A DNA stretch of 64,000 nucleotides, from contig CAWBOC010000008.1 of NCBI GenBank assembly GCA_963790305.1, positions 32,001-96,000 on the forward strand, written 5' to 3'. The translations under genes and the position numbers were made by a program. How positions within the stretch are numbered: the first letter of the stretch is position 1; each line of letters begins with the position of its first letter. Of the stretch, positions 32,198 through 41,112 are shown piece by piece. Under the pieces are notes generated by a model. It was not told where the DNA came from and ran no database searches. It saw only the letters and a program-made list of their open reading frames with translations. Source of the stretch: an uncultured Gemmatimonadaceae bacterium (lineage in GTDB: Bacteria > Gemmatimonadota > Gemmatimonadetes > Gemmatimonadales > Gemmatimonadaceae).

Positions 32198-32302
32198 ATG
32201 CGCAGATGCGGAATGCAGGATCAGAACTCAGAAACCCCGGGCAGCAGTGGGCGCTTGCCGGGGTTTTCGACTTCTATCCGTATTCCGACGTCTCCGCATT
32301 CG
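32198..32302. repeat. Degenerate heptamer family B hairpin (copy 6) at a convergent junction
   Basis: GATGCGGAATGCAGGAT..AAACCCCGG..CCGGGGTTT..ATCCGTATTCCG..TCCGCATTC. Confidence 0.7.
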
Positions 32303-32305
32303 CCT

Positions 32306-32959
32306 TTATCGCGCCTTCACGTATCCCATTTCAACGGCGTAGTCTACGAGTCTCTTCTGAAGAATCCGGCGGCCTCGAAAGAGCCGGGACTTCACCGTCC
32401 CCTCCGGGATGCCGAGAATCTCCGCGATTTCCGCGTAGCGCAGTCCCTGGATATCGCTCAGCACGACGGCCGTTCGGTAGTCCTCGGGCAGCTTGTCGAT
32501 CTCGCCCGTCACTTCCTCGTCGATGAACGAGTCGTAGAACTTCCCCTCGGGGTCGGACTCGCCAACGGCCTCGTAGGCCGACCAGCCCTCCGGCTCCTCT
32601 GGCAGCTGGACCTCGCGCGCGTCGATGCGCCGCTTCCGGCTCACGAACGTGTGGTAGAGAATCGTGAACAGCCACGCACGGACGTTGGTCCCGAGCTGAT
32701 ACTGCTCCCAGCGGTCGAACGCGCGGAGCACCGTATCCGAGACGAGATCCTCGGCGTCATCACGAGCGCGCGTCAGCTTGAGCGCGAAGCTGTAGAGCGC
32801 GTCGAGATGGACGAGCGCCTCTCGCTCGAACTGAGCGCGACGATCGGCGCGACTGAGCGAGGCCGTCATGTCGGCGACAGGGGAAGCGCCCCCTTCAATA
32901 GACGACACGGGGCTCAGGGGCTCGAGTGCACGTGTCTTCGTCCGTTCCAACGTCATCAT
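32306..32959 (-). CDS. ECF RNA polymerase sigma factor (SigH/RpoE-like)
   Basis: DAEDLV..T.LRA, GTN.RAWL.TI, Y.EIAEIL.IP.GTVKSRL.RGR. Confidence 0.93.
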   Translation of the reverse strand: MMTLERTKTRALEPLSPVSSIEGGASPVADMTASLSRADRRAQFEREALVHLDALYSFALKLTRARDDAEDLVSDTVLRAFDRWEQYQLGTNVRAWLFTILYHTFVSRKRRIDAREVQLPEEPEGWSAYEAVGESDPEGKFYDSFIDEEVTGEIDKLPEDYRTAVVLSDIQGLRYAEIAEILGIPEGTVKSRLFRGRRILQKRLVDYAVEMGYVKAR

Positions 32960-33005
32960 CTTCGTGTCTCCCGGATACCTCGCCCTCGCGAGGCGGACTC
33001 CTGCT

Positions 33006-33614
33006 TCAGGGAACAACGGACACCGCTGGTGTCTCTCGCCGCTGCGCGGCGATGAATCCTTTGAGGTCCCCAGCGATCGTTTCCATGTGCGTCACGTCAC
33101 GCGTGACGCGGGACATCATCAACGCACCCTCCAGCGTCGCGATAATGAAGCGCGCCATCCGCGCCGTATCGACGTCATCGCGCAGCTGCGGACGCGCTTC
33201 CCACAACACTGATTGGAGCTGCCCGGACCACCGCTCGAACACCGTCGCCAGCCGCTGGCGGAACCCCTCGTGCGCGTCTGCCATCTCGGTGACGAGATTG
33301 CCGAACGGGCACCCTCCACGACAATCCTGCTCCGCCTGGTCCGCCACTTCGGCGTCGATGAACCGGTCGAGTCGATCGAGCGGGTCGACCATGGGATCAC
33401 GCAGAATCGCCAAGCCCTCTTCCGCGAACTGCTCGAAGCGATGCTGGACGACCGCGTATCCCAGCTCCTCCTTCGACTTGAAGTAGTGATAGAAGTGAGC
33501 CTTTCCGCAGAGACCCGCCTCGCGTATCACATCGTCAACGGAGGTTTGCTGAAATCCGTTACGACAGATGAGGCCGGTGGCCGCTTCCAGGATTCGTGTG
33601 CGTCGATCGCTCAT
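33006..33614 (-). CDS. TetR/AcrR regulator (NemR/LmrA-like C-terminus)
   Basis: ILEAA..L....GF..TS, YHYF.SKEEL, GCPFGNL..E. Confidence 0.92.
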   Translation of the reverse strand: MSDRRTRILEAATGLICRNGFQQTSVDDVIREAGLCGKAHFYHYFKSKEELGYAVVQHRFEQFAEEGLAILRDPMVDPLDRLDRFIDAEVADQAEQDCRGGCPFGNLVTEMADAHEGFRQRLATVFERWSGQLQSVLWEARPQLRDDVDTARMARFIIATLEGALMMSRVTRDVTHMETIAGDLKGFIAAQRRETPAVSVVP

Positions 33615-33622
33615 GATCAGCA

Positions 33623-33651
33623 ACTATAGGACTGATCGGTCTTAACGTCAA
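33623..33651 (-). promoter_or_regulatory. Sigma70-type promoter with palindromic TetR-type operator in the spacer
   Basis: TTGACG-N17-TATAGT; imperfect palindrome TAGGACTGATCGGTCTTA at 33627-33644; ATG 8 nt after the -10. Confidence 0.75.
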
Positions 33652-33865
33652 GCCTTGTACGAATGTTTATGTAAGTGTCGTGCAAGGAATGAGTTACAGA
33701 ACTGCTTCATTCTCCCTGCTCTGGCGTAACTCCCGATGTTACTACGCGTTATTGGACTGGCCGGTTTCGCCCCTCGGCGAACCGGCAACGCGTACCGGCT
33801 TCTGACATTGGCGTCCGATGTTTTCGCGGTTCATCGAGATGTGAGTAGAATCCCTCCGCACCAAC

Positions 33866-34420
33866 ATGCCCACGATCCCTGTCACGCGAACGTACCTCGA
33901 GATGAGCCGCCCCGACGCGCTCCGCTCGTATTACGCGGACGATGCCAACGTCCGCTTCGAGCACGTGCACGCCTGTCCCATCTCCTTCTTCCGCTACCTC
34001 TACCGCGAGGTGGGCCGCGCGCACCACTGGGTCGACCGGCTCGCGTGGAGCGACGAGCAGGTGACCGACCGGTTGGCCGACCCGAACGTCACGCTGTGGG
34101 TGATGTACGTCGATGGGGCGCCGGCGGGATACGCCGAGCTCGAGCGACACACAGATGGATCGATCGAGATCGCGTACTTCGGATTGCTTCCTGAATTCAC
34201 CCGGCGCGGGCTGGGCAAGCTCATGCTCACCGCGGCGGTCGAGCGCGCGTGGGAGCAAGGCACATCGCGGGTCTGGCTGCACACCTGCACCCTCGACGAT
34301 CCCGCGGCACTGCCTAACTACATCAAGCGGGGCTTCGCGCCGTTCAAGGAGGAAGTCTACAGCGTGGAGATCGACGAGACCGAGCTGGCGACGCTGCGAT
34401 CAGCGACGCCGGCGGCGTGA
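33866..34420 (+). CDS. GNAT N-acetyltransferase
   Basis: TYLEM, YR.VG....W.DR, IAYFGL.PEF...GLG, RVWLHTCTLD.P.AL.NY..RGF. Confidence 0.9.
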   Translation: MPTIPVTRTYLEMSRPDALRSYYADDANVRFEHVHACPISFFRYLYREVGRAHHWVDRLAWSDEQVTDRLADPNVTLWVMYVDGAPAGYAELERHTDGSIEIAYFGLLPEFTRRGLGKLMLTAAVERAWEQGTSRVWLHTCTLDDPAALPNYIKRGFAPFKEEVYSVEIDETELATLRSATPAA

Positions 34421-37051
34421 GCGCCCGCCACCGCGCTCCTGTCGCGGCCGGCCGCGATCGGACGGGGAGCGTCCGCGTCGAGCGTGCCGCTCGCCCCCGC
34501 GATGGCCGCGCTGGCGCTCTGGCTCGTCCTCATCCGGTGACCACGGCCGATCGAGCAGATCCTGAAGCTCGTCCAGGGTCGAGGCGCGCACCGCACCTCG
34601 CTGGCCTCGCGTCACAATGAATCGGGCCGGACGGTCGAGCTGGGGCAGCTCCGCATCGACGAGCGTCCGCGCCATCTTCTCCGGCAATCGCAGTCGCGCG
34701 ATACCACCGACCCCATCCTCCACGCCGTACTCGATAGGCACTTCGCGATCGCGGATCGTCACCGTATCGGGGAGCGCCATCCAGCGCGCACGCTCCGCTG
34801 GCGGCACCAGGGCATCGATGTCGACCGTCAGGGGAGCGGCCCGGAACTCCTCGTACGACCTGATGCGGCGCAGCTGCTCGGCGAACAACGCGCCGAGCTC
34901 CTTGGTGCCGAGCTTTGCCGTGCGTCCGCCGCTGCGGCGCCAGACCTCGCGCACCTCTTCGACACGCGGCCGCAGCTCCTTCAACGAGCGGTGGCGCGCC
35001 TCGAACCGCGCCGCGGCGTCGGCCAGCTTCGCCCTCGCGATGTCGGCCACGTCGTCTGGAAACACGTCATCGATCGGCTCGATGTCGCGCTCGAGAACGA
35101 ACCCGTAGTACTCGACGGCACGGCGGACGACGAGTGGAGCTCGCTTCCGCTCGGGGTCGAATGCGATCTCCGCCTCACCTCGCGTGGAATACTTTCGGAT
35201 GAGACCGAGTGGGATCTGCGTCCCTTCGATGGCCGCGCGCGGCGTGCCCGAGCGATCGGCGAAGTAGCGCAGCTCCCCCGCGATCGCGCCCCAGCTTCCG
35301 GCGACGCTCGTCTTGGAGACGCGCGCTTCCTGGCCATCGGCGGTCATCTCATCGATCACGAGATCGAAGGGCATGATCCGCGCGAGCAGCTCCTGGAACG
35401 AGCGCATCGTCGCGTCGGTGGCGAGCGGCATCTCGTGTGGCAGCGGCATCTCGAGATTGCGATAGACGCTCGCCATGCCAAGCGCGGCGTCCTCGATCGC
35501 CTTCACCAGCACGCCGCGACGCTCGGCCCACTCGTCGATGCCATCGTCGAACAGATGGCGCGGCAGGCCGTAGACGGCGCCGACTCGCCCGTATTTCCGG
35601 TATGCCTCGGCGTACACGTTGTAGGCCGTGAGGTGATCGCTGCCCGCGATCACCAGACCCTCGAGATAGCGATCCTCGCGCGTCATTCGGTGCAGCGATT
35701 CCACCGAGCTCATCACCGCGAGGTACGGGACCAGCGCATCGTCGGCATGCGCGATCAGCTCGCCCCACGGGCGATCGACCGGAAGCGCCTCGACGGTCTT
35801 GCCGTACTGCGACAGGCGGCCGCGCTCATCGATGATGCCGCGCGAGACCAGGCGCGCGAGCGCCTCACGATACGCCACCCGATCGAGGGGCACGGGCAGG
35901 TCGAGCTCATCGGCGCGGACGCCGAGGTCGGCGCAGGTGATCGCGACGCGCTCCGAATCTCCCGCCAGCTGGAACTCGGGCTCGGTCGGGCGCAGCTGGG
36001 CGAAGACGATGTCGCGATCGGACAGGATGAATACGCGCCCGCCCTCGACGCGGCCGTGAACGCGGCCGGCCATCTGAAGGATTTCGTTGGCGCCGAGGTG
36101 CGTGCGGGTGAGCACGTTCTTCCCGCCCTCGATGATGTTGGTGAACCGCGTGTCGTCGATGATGACGGTGTCCAGGCCCCGCACGTTGAGCGCGCTCTGT
36201 CCCGCGGCGGTCATCGAGAGGAGATATGGTTTGCGAACCTCTCCCTCGAGAAAGGGCCGAATCACGCGAATCGGCTCGCCGCCGTGGTAAAACGCCGTCT
36301 CGATGCGCGGCGAGCGCGCGGCGACATCCTCGGCGACTTCCTCGACGCCGGCGCGCGTCGGAAGGAAGACGCCCACGCCGCGCTTCTCCTTCTGGAGGCG
36401 CTGAAGAAAGCGATCGTCGAGAAACTGGACGGGCTGCTTGTTCACCACCGCGACCTTGGCCGCCCGCGCCGGATCGAACGCGTAGGACTCGATGACGGAC
36501 GAGGAGTTCAGGTAGCGGGCGTAGAACGTCGGATCGACGGTGGCCGAGAGCCAGATGAACCGGTTCCCGACCCGCTTGCCTAACGCCAGGCAGAGCTCCA
36601 GCTCCGCCGATGTCTGGTGGATCTCATCGACGATGAGCGTGTCGTGCGGAAGGATGTCGCCGTCCTGGAACCACCGGCGCGCGATCCCCGTCGTTACGAT
36701 CACGACGTTCCAGGAGGGCGTATCCGGCGTGGCTTCGCGCTCACGGTTGACGACGCCGACCTTCAGCTCGCTGGTACGGAGGATCGCCTCGGCGATGGGA
36801 CGAATCGCGAGCGTCTTCCCGGTGCCGGTGCCGGCCACGATCCCGAATCCCTGCCCGCTGCGTGCGAGCTCGCGAACTTCCTCGCCATGCTCGCGCTCGA
36901 GGACGGTCTCGAGGTGAAGTCCGAGGGCGAGCTCGATCGTCTCGCACGCCGCACGCGTGGGGGCGATGACGATGACGCGGCCAGTCGGTGGCTCGGCCGC
37001 GACGAACGCGGCTCGGTCTGGCGGGAGATAATGATCCCGGACCTGTCTCAT
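34400..37051 (-). CDS. HrpA/HrpB-like DExH-box helicase
   Basis: GTGTGKT, DEIH, SAT, FLPTR, QMAGRVHG; C-terminal arginine-rich tail; GGGGG RBS before ATG 37051. Confidence 0.85.
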   Translation of the reverse strand: MRQVRDHYLPPDRAAFVAAEPPTGRVIVIAPTRAACETIELALGLHLETVLEREHGEEVRELARSGQGFGIVAGTGTGKTLAIRPIAEAILRTSELKVGVVNREREATPDTPSWNVVIVTTGIARRWFQDGDILPHDTLIVDEIHQTSAELELCLALGKRVGNRFIWLSATVDPTFYARYLNSSSVIESYAFDPARAAKVAVVNKQPVQFLDDRFLQRLQKEKRGVGVFLPTRAGVEEVAEDVAARSPRIETAFYHGGEPIRVIRPFLEGEVRKPYLLSMTAAGQSALNVRGLDTVIIDDTRFTNIIEGGKNVLTRTHLGANEILQMAGRVHGRVEGGRVFILSDRDIVFAQLRPTEPEFQLAGDSERVAITCADLGVRADELDLPVPLDRVAYREALARLVSRGIIDERGRLSQYGKTVEALPVDRPWGELIAHADDALVPYLAVMSSVESLHRMTREDRYLEGLVIAGSDHLTAYNVYAEAYRKYGRVGAVYGLPRHLFDDGIDEWAERRGVLVKAIEDAALGMASVYRNLEMPLPHEMPLATDATMRSFQELLARIMPFDLVIDEMTADGQEARVSKTSVAGSWGAIAGELRYFADRSGTPRAAIEGTQIPLGLIRKYSTRGEAEIAFDPERKRAPLVVRRAVEYYGFVLERDIEPIDDVFPDDVADIARAKLADAAARFEARHRSLKELRPRVEEVREVWRRSGGRTAKLGTKELGALFAEQLRRIRSYEEFRAAPLTVDIDALVPPAERARWMALPDTVTIRDREVPIEYGVEDGVGGIARLRLPEKMARTLVDAELPQLDRPARFIVTRGQRGAVRASTLDELQDLLDRPWSPDEDEPERQRGHRGGERHARRGRSPSDRGRPRQERGGGRSRRRRR

Positions 37052-37141
37052 GCCGCCCCCGGTGTGCAAGGAAGGTTCCGGGATTTCACTCGGAGCAAGC
37101 CGACAGATCTCGCGATTGCAGAATCCAACGCTTGCATTCGA

Positions 37142-37344
37142 GCATCCAGGTTCAAAGGGGGGACGCGGATGCGGCGGATGCAGCGGATCAGGCGGATCGT
37201 TCCTGGCGCAGTGAACTCTCCTCGCGCAGGAGCAAAAAGCAACCGCTTTTTGCTCCTGTGAAGGAGAGATCGCGGTGCCAGGAGCGATCCGCCTGCATCC
37301 GCTGCATTCCGCCGAATCCGCGTCCCCCCTTTGAACCTGGATGC
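37142..37344. repeat. 203-bp near-perfect hairpin, family F (MITE-like)
   Basis: GCATCCAGGTTCAAAGGGGG...CAGGAGCAAAAAGC-aacc-GCTTTTTGCTCCTG...CCCCCTTTGAACCTGGATGC; arms carry 9-10-nt GCGGAT units. Confidence 0.9.
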
Positions 37345-37436
37345 CAGTAGCGCCTGCCAGCCCGGTAAAAAAAAATTCAGGGAGCCAACTCATGGCTCCC
37401 CGAGGTCGTTCTGAATTCGTTGCCGTCCACCCGAAT

Positions 37437-38090
37437 CTATTTCTCGTAGACGCGCATCAGCTTCCCATCGCGATACAGCCGGATCATATCCGCAATGCCA
37501 TCGCGATCCGCATCGACCCACTCCTGCACCAGCTCTCCCCCGCGGTCGTACCAGCTTGCGCGCTCTGGGCGTCCATTGCGATCGCGATCCTCGTAGCGCA
37601 CCGTCGCGGCCACGTTGCCGAGCCAGCGGCGCACGTCATCAGTGCGACTGCCGCGCGCGAGCGCGACGGCAGCAGCCATCTGCGGCCACGTGCCCGTTCT
37701 GCGAACGATCTCGTCGCAATCCTCGCCCGACTGGATGGTCGCACAACGGTCCTCGTCACGACGTCCGCGACGATCGTCGTCGGCGAATCCCTTCGCGACC
37801 TTCGGCTTCTTGCCACCACGATCATCGCCGCCCTTTTCGCGGTCGTCGTCATCAGACCGCCGGTCGCCGAAGATGACGCGCGCGCCGGCAGGCCGCTCGC
37901 GCACCGCGGTCGCGCAATCGGTCGGCTCGGGCTGCTGTCCCGGCGGCACTCCATCGATCCAGATCCGGCACATGCCCGGTGGTGGACGATGGCCGGGGGG
38001 CACCTGGTCGGGCCCACGATCGCGCGACTGCGCAGACGCGGGGACCGCGATGCCAATGGAAAGGAGCAGAATTGGGATGAATCGGGACAT
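37437..38090 (-). CDS. Hypothetical secreted protein
   Basis: Signal peptide; VPPGHRPPPGMCRIWIDGVPPGQQP; D-x-D-x-D/N-G repeats. Confidence 0.7.
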   Translation of the reverse strand: MSRFIPILLLSIGIAVPASAQSRDRGPDQVPPGHRPPPGMCRIWIDGVPPGQQPEPTDCATAVRERPAGARVIFGDRRSDDDDREKGGDDRGGKKPKVAKGFADDDRRGRRDEDRCATIQSGEDCDEIVRRTGTWPQMAAAVALARGSRTDDVRRWLGNVAATVRYEDRDRNGRPERASWYDRGGELVQEWVDADRDGIADMIRLYRDGKLMRVYEK

Positions 38091-38343
38091 TTCTATAGAC
38101 CTCACTCGTACGTAGTTCGCGACCTCCGACAGTCACCCTCGGTAAGGCACGAGGGGTGCCAACTTCGCCTCCTGGAAGGCGGTTTGCAACATATTGGGGT
38201 GCTTGGACATGCGTTCCCAGCCACGCGGGCTCTGGGCGGGCTGTCCCACGTGCAGGACGGCTCGCGGGGGACACCTGCGGATCTGGTCGTCGCCGAGGTC
38301 CTTCCTCGTTGCCCCCTCCTCCCGAGACGCGTCCTCTAATGAA

Positions 38344-39378
38344 ATGATCTCCAAGCCCGGCGCCCCGCCCGCGTTCGCCCCGCCCGATGCTTCGGTGAGC
38401 CAACGCTACACGGCGCACCTCGCAGCCATTCGCCGACTCGCGTCGCAGCTCGCGCACTCCGGCGCGCCCGATGAGCTCGCGCGCGTTCTCGTCGAGGAGC
38501 TTCACCGCACGCTCGGTGCCTCGTGGGTTGCTCTCTATCGCGCTGATCCCGCCGGCTCTTTCTCGCGTCGCGCACTCGCCGGCGATCCAGGCGCTCGTCT
38601 TCCCGCCACCATCTCCGGCGGGGACGCCGTCGCGCTTCGCCGACCCACTACGCCGCTCGATGAGCGCGTCCTCTCGAGCGACGCGTTGACGGTGTTTGGC
38701 GGCGCCGCGACCGCCATGGCACTCGAGGACGCGGAGACCCGCCTCGGATGGCTCGTGAGCGGGAGCCGGCTCGATGGCGTTCCCTTCGACCGTCTGGACG
38801 CCGACCTGATCGCCGTCATGTGCGACATCGCCGCACCCCGCCTCGCGGCGGCGGAGTTCGATGCGCAGTTCGCGCGCAGCGCCCTCACCGATCAGCTGAC
38901 GGGCCTCGGCAATCGCCGGGCTTTCAATGAGCGCCTCGAGGAAGAGATCGCACGCACCAACCGCAGCAACAGCGCGATCTCCCTGCTGCTCGTGGACATC
39001 GACAAATTCGCCGCGTTCAACTCTACCCATGGGCGCGACGCGGGCGATCGCGCGCTGGGCGCGGTAGCGGTCGCGGTACGGTCGGCGATTCGACTGTCGG
39101 ATTCCGCGTTTCGATACGGCGGCGGACAGCTCGCATTGCTGCTGCCAGGCGCCGCGGCACTCGGGGCGTTCGTCGCGGCGGAACGCATTCGCAGCGCCGT
39201 CGCCGGACTCGACGCGGGGGAAGTGCCCGCACCCATTAGCGTGAGCATCGGCATCGGCTCGCTGCGCGAAGGGTCGCACGCCCCAATCTCCCTTGCCTCG
39301 CTCGCGCTCGTCCGCAAGGCGGACGAAGCGCTGTATCAGGCGAAGCAGAGCGGACGGAACAGAACCGTCATCGGGTAA
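38344..39378 (+). CDS. GAF-like plus GGDEF-domain protein with degenerate active site
   Basis: DQLTGLGNRRAF, LLVDID.F, RYGGGQL, SVSIG, ADEALYQAK..GRN. Confidence 0.85.
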   Translation: MISKPGAPPAFAPPDASVSQRYTAHLAAIRRLASQLAHSGAPDELARVLVEELHRTLGASWVALYRADPAGSFSRRALAGDPGARLPATISGGDAVALRRPTTPLDERVLSSDALTVFGGAATAMALEDAETRLGWLVSGSRLDGVPFDRLDADLIAVMCDIAAPRLAAAEFDAQFARSALTDQLTGLGNRRAFNERLEEEIARTNRSNSAISLLLVDIDKFAAFNSTHGRDAGDRALGAVAVAVRSAIRLSDSAFRYGGGQLALLLPGAAALGAFVAAERIRSAVAGLDAGEVPAPISVSIGIGSLREGSHAPISLASLALVRKADEALYQAKQSGRNRTVIG

Positions 39379-39403
39379 GTCGGGCGCGGTCCGCCGCGCG
39401 ACG

Positions 39404-40483
39404 TCAGTCCCCGAACGAAATGCCGACGGCGCGCGCCGTCAGCATGAGATCGTGCGAGAGATCGACGCGCTTGGTTTCCTTGAGCGCTTCGGTGATCGGG
39501 ATCGTCACGATGTGCGGCGACTGCAGCGCCACCATCTTTCCCCATTCCTCATCGGCGATGGCGCGCACTGCGGCGCCGCCAAAGCGGGTCGCGAGCAGCC
39601 GGTCGTAGCCCGTTGGTGATCCGCCGCGCTGCAGGTGACCCAGGATCAGCGACCGCGTTTCCTTGCCGGTGAGGTCCTGAATCTCCGTGGCGATCTTCTC
39701 GGCCAGCCCGCCCAGACGCTTTGCCTGACCTGGCAGCGACGCGCCCAGCTGCGACTCGGCGCCGCCTAACGGCATCGCGCCTTCCGCCACCACGACGATC
39801 GAGAAGTGACGACCCGCCTTGTCGCGCGCCTGAATCTTCTCGGCGACGCGGCGAATGTCGTACGGAATCTCCGGGATGAGAATGACGTCAGCCGTCCCAG
39901 CCGCGCCCGCGTGCAACGCGATGAACCCGGCGTGCCGCCCCATCACCTCCATCACGATCACGCGATCATGACTCTCCGCCGTCGTGTGGAGCTTGTCGAT
40001 GGCTTCCATCGCGGTGTTGACGGCGGTGTCGAAGCCGAACGTCGTGATAGTTCCGCTCACATCGTTGTCGATCGTCTTCGGCACGCAGACGATCCGCATA
40101 CCTTTCTCGACCAGCTTTTGCGCGATGGCGAGGGAGCCGTCGCCACCGATCGAGATCATCGCGTCGATACCGAGCTGCCGGGCACGCTCGATGAGCTCGC
40201 CCGAGCGGTCGATCTCCTGGTACGTCCCATCCGGCTGCAGGATGGGATAATGAAAGGGATTCCCGCGATTCGTCGTTCGCAGGATGGTTCCGCCGAGGTG
40301 CGCGATTCCGCGAACCGACTCGCGGGTGAGCGGGACCACTTCGTCCTCGCCGAGTAGTCCGGCGTACCCGCGCTTGATGCCGAGGACGTCCCAGCCGCGG
40401 TTGATGGCGGAGAGGACGGCAGCTCGAATGACGGCGTTGAGTCCGGGCGCGTCCCCGCCCCCGGTGGAGATGGCAATGCGCAT
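39404..40483 (-). CDS. pfkA: 6-phosphofructokinase (PfkA family; GGDG suggests ATP-dependent)
   Basis: TGGGDAPGLNA, GGTIL.T, GGDGS, PKTIDND, MGRHAG, LGHLQRGG. Confidence 0.95.
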   Translation of the reverse strand: MRIAISTGGGDAPGLNAVIRAAVLSAINRGWDVLGIKRGYAGLLGEDEVVPLTRESVRGIAHLGGTILRTTNRGNPFHYPILQPDGTYQEIDRSGELIERARQLGIDAMISIGGDGSLAIAQKLVEKGMRIVCVPKTIDNDVSGTITTFGFDTAVNTAMEAIDKLHTTAESHDRVIVMEVMGRHAGFIALHAGAAGTADVILIPEIPYDIRRVAEKIQARDKAGRHFSIVVVAEGAMPLGGAESQLGASLPGQAKRLGGLAEKIATEIQDLTGKETRSLILGHLQRGGSPTGYDRLLATRFGGAAVRAIADEEWGKMVALQSPHIVTIPITEALKETKRVDLSHDLMLTARAVGISFGD

Positions 40484-40494
40484 TTCGATGAAGG

Positions 40495-40725
40495 CTACAC
40501 CGATTGCGATGTGAGCAGGTGGATGACCTCGCCCGGCTGAGCGTGGCGTCCGAGCTTCGATTTCTGGAAGACCGGCTTGCCGTCGCGCGCGACCTCGAAT
40601 CGCCCGCCGCTCGACGGAATCATCTCGATCTCGGCGGTCGGGAACCGCTCACGAATCGCGGCCGCCAAACTGACGGCCCGGGGCTCGTAGTTTCATATCG
40701 TGCAGTATTCGATCGTTATCCGCAT
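40495..40725 (-). CDS. SelW/SelT/SelH (Rdx family) selenoprotein, 76 aa, in-frame TGA read as Sec
   Basis: MRITIEYCTI-U-NYEPRAVSLAAAIRERFPTAEIEMIPSSGGRFEVARDGKPVFQKSKLGRHAQPGEV; TGA at 40693-40695 in the CxxU position. Confidence 0.9.
40651..40689 (-). promoter_or_regulatory. Putative bacterial SECIS hairpin
   Basis: Just 3' of the UGA: ACGAG..GGCCGUCA-GUU-UGGCGGCC..UUCGU stem-loop with G in the apical loop. Confidence 0.65.
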
Positions 40726-40756
40726 CGTCGCTCGGGTGAAAGGGTCGTGTGAGCCA

Positions 40757-40858
40757 AGGTAGTCGAGGTGGTCGAGGTCGTCGAGGTGATCGAGGAGGGC
40801 AACGACACTCCCTCGATCACCTCGACCACCTCGACCACCTCGACCACCTCGACTACCT
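40757..40858. repeat. Inverted 9-nt tandem-repeat hairpin, family A copy 4
   Basis: AGGTAGTCGAGGTGGTCGAGGTCGTCGAGGTGATCGAGGAGGGCAACGACACTCCCTCGATCACC(TCGACCACC)x3 TCGACTACCT. Confidence 0.9.
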
Positions 40859-41095
40859 CTGAGCCAATCCCGCCATTGCAGCAAGCCTCCGAACCATCGT
40901 GTCCTGACGAGCCATCTGCTCGCGCAGTGAATCCACCTGTGCCTGAAGCATGGCCGTCTCCTCGCGGACCGCCACGAGCGCATCGCTCATGTCGATCACC
41001 GTTTCCGCTAACGTCGTGTCACCAGTCGTCAGCGGCCCACTGCACGCGGCGACCGCGGCGAGCCCGGCCACAACGATGCCTCGCAACATGCGCAT
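40853..41095 (-). CDS. Small coiled-coil lipoprotein
   Basis: GGAGGAG RBS; VAAC lipobox; heptad pattern. Confidence 0.7.
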   Translation of the reverse strand: MRMLRGIVVAGLAAVAACSGPLTTGDTTLAETVIDMSDALVAVREETAMLQAQVDSLREQMARQDTMVRRLAAMAGLAQR

Positions 41096-41112
41096 GCAAG
41101 CTCCTCCAAGAG

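Noticed and set aside
31424..33055. 543-aa CGNR protein overlapping the sigma gene
   Set aside because: The domain ends near 32165; the rest is hairpin and antisense read-through from a probably lost stop.
34991..36583. Long antisense and alternative-frame ORFs (also 16857-18437, 40768-42333, 37852-39279)
   Set aside because: Shadow ORFs expected in high-GC DNA opposite genes with clear motifs; no recognisable domains.
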